A stretch of 64,000 bases of DNA from Candidatus Bathyarchaeota archaeon. GTDB lineage: Archaea; Thermoproteota; Bathyarchaeia; Bathyarchaeales; Bathycorpusculaceae. The stretch lies in the NCBI GenBank assembly GCA_963775685.1, contig CAVZJV010000014.1, positions 1 to 64,000 on the forward strand, given 5' to 3'. A program made the translations under genes and the position numbers. Shown in pieces: positions 59,580 through 64,000 of this stretch (position 1 is its first letter; each line of letters starts with the position of its first letter). The notes under the pieces were generated by a model. It saw only the letters and a program-made list of their open reading frames with translations, was not told the origin of the DNA and ran no database searches.

Positions 59580-60059
59580 AAATCAAATATACAACTTGAT
59601 CAACAAAGCAAACTATGGAATTCTGGTTTTCAATCCAAGAGACGCTATTCTTAGAATTCAAACTCTCAAACGGCTCCGGATGGCTAACCAACAACCGCCT
59701 AATCATTGTGGAACATAAGCCAGGCCAGCTCAACAAAGGAAAGCGTAAAGACTATTGTTTAAAAACTTTGAAAAAACCCAAATAAAAAACACACCCAATC
59801 TTCTTCTCTTTCTAAACATAAAATTGATTTATCCAAAACTCTTAAGGGTCGATTTAGGGACAAAGCGGCGCGCTAATCTTTCCATTGCAGATAATTTAAT
59901 TAAATATCTCGCAAACAATATAGAAATATATTGGATTGACAATCAAAGAGATTCTGGGCTAATTTTTAGGGCTTAAGGGTAGATAGCGATAGAGAATAGT
60001 AACGATGGGTAAAAATTTTTTTTGCTCGCATTTAAGTGGTTAAAGAAATACTGAGACAA

Positions 60060-60320
60060 TTAGGCATCGGGGCGTTTAATTTGCTTAAGGAGAAATAATC
60101 CAGCCAATAAAATTGCCATAAATATTGGGATTGTATAGAAAGGAACTTCAGGTACTGTTGGTGAAGGAACAATGGTGGACTCACTTATTTGAGGGGAAGC
60201 AGTTGGTGAGGAAGTAGTGGTTTGTGTTGGAGGATTTGTTGGCGGAGCTGTTGTTGTTGGTAGGTTCAATTCTAATCTGCCCCAACTAAAGGCGGCGTCG
60301 ACGCCCACCAATTTAATCAA
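60060..60320 (-). pseudogene. orphan C-terminal PT-linker plus VPE-TM tail fragment
   Basis: PSPTVPEVP-TM-KQIKR with no N-terminal domain. Confidence 0.55.
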
Positions 60321-60387
60321 TTGCAGATTGGCTTGTGTGCTTTTTCTGTAATGTCCATTATCGTTTGGTAATCGTCAAATGTGTGTG

Positions 60388-60410
60388 TGGGGATTAAAAT
60401 TTAATCCCCA
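60388..60410. promoter_or_regulatory. perfect inverted repeat TGGGGATTAAA-A-TTTAATCCCCA
   Basis: Directly visible; upstream of 60446. Confidence 0.55.
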
Positions 60411-60445
60411 AACCGAATCATTGACCACAAAAGTTTAAGCTATCT

Positions 60446-60899
60446 TTGGTTGATGTATTTTGCAGTGATTTAATGGTTGACCTGCAAGAGTTCGCACTTG
60501 ACCTAAGAAACTACTTTAAATGCTGCCCAATTTGTTTTGCATCAGCTAAAGGAACGTTAAAAGTTCACTTAACTTTAGGCGAGAGAGATACCCTTACATG
60601 CAGTATTTGTGAAGCTAAGTGGCATATCTACATCGTGCCTTTCGCTGGTTTCCAATGGGCAGAACTTGATTCAACAGCTAAAGATGGAAGAGGCCAAGAG
60701 CTGCTTAACAGACGCTTGGATAAAAAGGAAGTTCTCTCGATGACTCAAAATGCAAGTCGTGACCAAAACAACCAACCAGTTCCAACAAAGGAAATCATTA
60801 AAGAGAAAGAGGTCATAACAAGAGTTCGTTGCCCTTATTGTCATGGCGCTTACAATGAAAATTTTAGATAAATGTCCACATTGCGGAGCAAAAGCTTAA
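60446..60899 (+). CDS. Zn-ribbon protein, frameshift near 60862
   Basis: CPIC, CSIC, CPYC; another frame continues DKCPHCGAKA*. Confidence 0.7.
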
Positions 60900-61046
60900 A
60901 GGATTATGACTGCAAAATGCCAAATTTTGCCTCAATTCTGTGTAAAATTGAAGAATGTTAACTAATTACTTTCACTCAACTCTCTACTGTTTGACAATGT
61001 TCTTCGAAGGTTTGTATTTTAAGGCTAAAGACAGGTATGTTATTCT

Positions 61047-61253
61047 ATGACTTTTTTTGATTATTTCGATTTAAGCAAGCCTTGTGATGCGTGCGGTCAC
61101 ATGGTTGGTGGTGGCGTTTATTGGTGTCCTAAATGCAAAATCTGCTTCTGCTCTAACTGCTATAGCAGCTTGGTATCAGAGCAAGTTCTAAAAGACCTAA
61201 AAAAAATACATTTACACTGCCCCATGTGTGGGACCCAATTTGAATCCCCTTAG
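61047..61253 (+). CDS. Cys-rich Zn-finger protein
   Basis: Four CxxC pairs. Confidence 0.65.
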   Translation: MTFFDYFDLSKPCDACGHMVGGGVYWCPKCKICFCSNCYSSLVSEQVLKDLKKIHLHCPMCGTQFESP

Positions 61254-61926
61254 TTCTTATACATCCAACTTAGTTATAAAAAACTAACTGTAATGAGCGC
61301 ACAGTTAAATTGAACAAGTATGAATTGCGGATCTTACAATTTGCCGCTAAATACAATAATCCAGATGAATTTATTTCGATAATTATTTTAAAAAGTTCGC
61401 TTTTTAGCTAAATATTTGCGATTTTTTCCACTATTGACGCTTCCTAAAAAGTTGCTTTCAGTACTCCCCTAATCGAAAGCTAAGCGAATGTATCTTAAAT
61501 TGCTCATAATTACTCAATTTATGGAAATTTCTGAAGAACTATGAAATAACTTGAAGAAGAATATTCTAAGTGGAGTGATAGCCAAAACTACTTTGAGCCT
61601 CAAACTATATTTCTTCAGATTAGCTTCTCAATTAATAGGCTTCTGCGAAGCATTCAAACCAATCGACAGTTTGTTTTTGAAGACGCAGACAAAAAGCAAA
61701 CGACGGATTAAAATCTGGACAATTTTTGCAAAAGCGGATTTTCGAATTTTCTCTCACTCTATTTTGTTCTATCATTGCAATACTCAATGTATTCAATGAA
61801 ATCGACTTAAGAAGGATTATTTCCAGAAACGCATTATTCCCAAAAAAACGATCTTTTTGAATTTACAGCAATATTTAAAAGTAGTTTGTTTAATATCATT
61901 TTTAACTGCTTGATCACGGGATTTCA

Positions 61927-62415
61927 ATGGTGACTTGGGGAAGGGCTTGGAGAGCGGCTGGGACTTGGTTAGTATGGAGCCTTATATGGGGGTTTATTGG
62001 CATTATACTAATTGGAATTGGCATTTTTGTAATCTCCCGTTCTTCATATAATTTGGGAGCACTATTGTTTGGAAGTTCCGCTTCTTACGCTACTGAATTA
62101 ATTGGCGGTTTGATCTTGATAGTCATTGGAGTTATTATTCTAGGATTTGGGGCAATTGCATCTTTCTTTAAGATAAACTCTGAGGTCATCGCTGAAGAAA
62201 TTTACCATGCACGCGATTTTGACGCAATTCTGACCGAAAATGACAACTTTACTTGTCTTTTGTGTTGTGAGCACAATTTTACAGGCGATGCGGGAAGAAT
62301 TGTCGAGCACATAGAGCAAATGCACAATATCGATATTGATTACCAGGCGATTAAGGGTTGGAACGATGGCTTTGAAAATGAAGCAGAAATCTACCTAAAA
62401 AAACAAAAAAGATAA
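61927..62415 (+). CDS. 2-TM membrane protein with C2H2-like C-terminus
   Basis: TM helices; CLLC...HIEQMH. Confidence 0.7.
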   Translation: MVTWGRAWRAAGTWLVWSLIWGFIGIILIGIGIFVISRSSYNLGALLFGSSASYATELIGGLILIVIGVIILGFGAIASFFKINSEVIAEEIYHARDFDAILTENDNFTCLLCCEHNFTGDAGRIVEHIEQMHNIDIDYQAIKGWNDGFENEAEIYLKKQKR

Positions 62416-63156
62416 GGTTAAAAAGTCAAATGGGGGTTTCTTACCTTTTGTTTTATCATTTCTCTTTCTTAACAGCGCTCTATCGCTTCTAAGCTGATTT
62501 ATCAACAGTTCAATTTTTTCAAAAAGCAACTTGTTGTACTCATCGCTATAATGGCATTTTTTAGCCGCGTCTTTTTCACGCATTCTATATATCGGGTTTG
62601 CGAAGAAAGCCTAAAACAATTCATCGCTTTCCCATTTTTTTAATCGCTAATCATATTCTATGGAAAGCTTCAGCTCCCAAAGACTAAAGCTCAAAACATC
62701 ATGCAAATCACTGTCTGTTAGTCTGTCTAATTGACTTGCCGATAACTTGCTATAAAATTCTTTTTCATCAAATTTAATAGTCTAAGGGTAGATTATCGGC
62801 TTCTTGGAGCTTAATATAATTCCTTAAATCGCCTTCAGATCCTAGCCACATACTTCTAAACCGGAAAAGTCAAAATCCAACTCCCAATTTATGCCCCCAC
62901 CCTACTCTAGAGATCAAAAACTTCACAGAAGAGTTCGCAAAATACTGTAACAAACCTAAAAAGGAGAGGCCAGACTTCAATGAAAGAAATTGGTTTTTGG
63001 CGAAATACGCACCCTTAAAGTAATACTTTCGCAAAAGAACCATCTTCCAAAGCTCATTCGCACTACGGTTGTTACCGCCCGAACATATTTTTTTCAATTA
63101 TTGATGGTTTACTGTTTTGGCATGTAATTATTTTTTGTTGTCTTGTGTAGGTTTTC

Positions 63157-63789
63157 TTAAATTAAAGAATCTATTTCGAGCTTGGGCATAGAATGGGTAT
63201 TTGATGAATATTTGACTTGTTGAGTGCGGTTGCAAGAGTTGGTTGTTTTTTGTTTTGGTACTTTCTTGGGAAGCATCACTTCTAAAACGCCTTCTGATAA
63301 GTTGGCTGTGACTTCGTCTGCTTTTATCTCTTCAGGTAAATCGACCACTCTGTAAAACGATTTGCAAGCTCGCTCTTTGCAAATGTATTCATGTTCTTTC
63401 TTGTCGTATTTCCACCCTACCTCGCCAGCTATTACTACAAGGTTGTCTTGCACTTCGATTTCGATGTCTTCTTTTTTAAAGCCGGGCATTTCCGCCTTCA
63501 ACCGGTAGTCTTTTTCTCGATCTTCCAAATCAACTACTGGAACTCTTGTTTCAGGCATAAAAGAAAAAGCGTCAACCCAATTTGCTGGAAATAGGATTTC
63601 TTCAAAATCGTTTCTGAATCCTGCGAAGGTGTCGTCAAATGCTTGCCAAAGATCTGAAGATGTTGCTGGAGCTAAGGCTGATGTCTTCTTCGAGGGCTTG
63701 CTAATTGCTGCTGTTTTCTTTTTTGTGATTGCCCTTTCAGTTTTTTAGGAGTCTCTTCTGCTTTCGCGGGTTTTTTTATTTTCGCTCAC
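63157..63789 (-). CDS. small heat-shock protein Hsp20 (5' end apparently frameshifted)
   Basis: PVVDLED...AEMPGFKKEDI...ER...FYR.VDLP...GVLEVMLPK. Confidence 0.88.
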
Positions 63790-64000
63790 TAAAATTACAT
63801 CGTATCCGCTTAACGCAGCTAGATCAACAGCATGTGCTCTCGTATTCGAACGGGAAAAAGCTACTTTCGCAGGGAATACTTCAATTCTCCCTTTTCAGAC
63901 TTCAATAGGTAAGAAGGGAAATTGAAGCGCGTTAATTTAGACTTATTGGCTTATTTTAGCAAGTTTATGCTCTCTTCCAGATTCATGGCAAGCTTGATTT

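Noticed and set aside
61551-63097. Short AT-rich ORFs 61551, 62395 and 62870
   Set aside because: No motifs or RBS; cannot be supported

Overview
Archaeal DNA, most likely Bathyarchaeia-like (inferred from archaeal TFS, PEF-CTERM-type tails and expanded PQQ beta-propeller surface proteins). About 38.5 kb (2966-41496) is a tailed (Caudoviricetes-like, siphovirus-type) provirus integrated in the 3' end of a minus-strand tRNA-Pro(GGG) at 41474-41552, bounded by a 23-bp att repeat. It encodes a DNA MTase, a ParB-like/ABC-ATPase/GNAT trio with a candidate programmed -1 frameshift, TerS/TerL, portal, protease/scaffold, HK97-like capsid, neck, tail tube, G/GT chaperone frameshift, tape measure, a LamG tail tip and a PIN TA pair. 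Four blocks of host-like secreted or membrane-anchored cargo genes interrupt it, two of them inside the morphogenesis operon. Many cargo genes sit behind repeated 16-bp palindromes (GTTCTA-N4-TAGAAC, GTCAAG-N4-CTTGAC), and two membrane-anchored wHTH regulators lie among them. A second Zn-ribbon tyrosine integrase module faces the first across the same tRNA, in mirror-image order. The right part holds RelBE, paralogous membrane and PQQ proteins, a minimal PolX, TFS, an ATP-dependent ligase and Hsp20. Many single-base indels (assembly error or decay) limit how far frameshifts can be interpreted. All calls are by eye from motifs and gene order; no searches were run.
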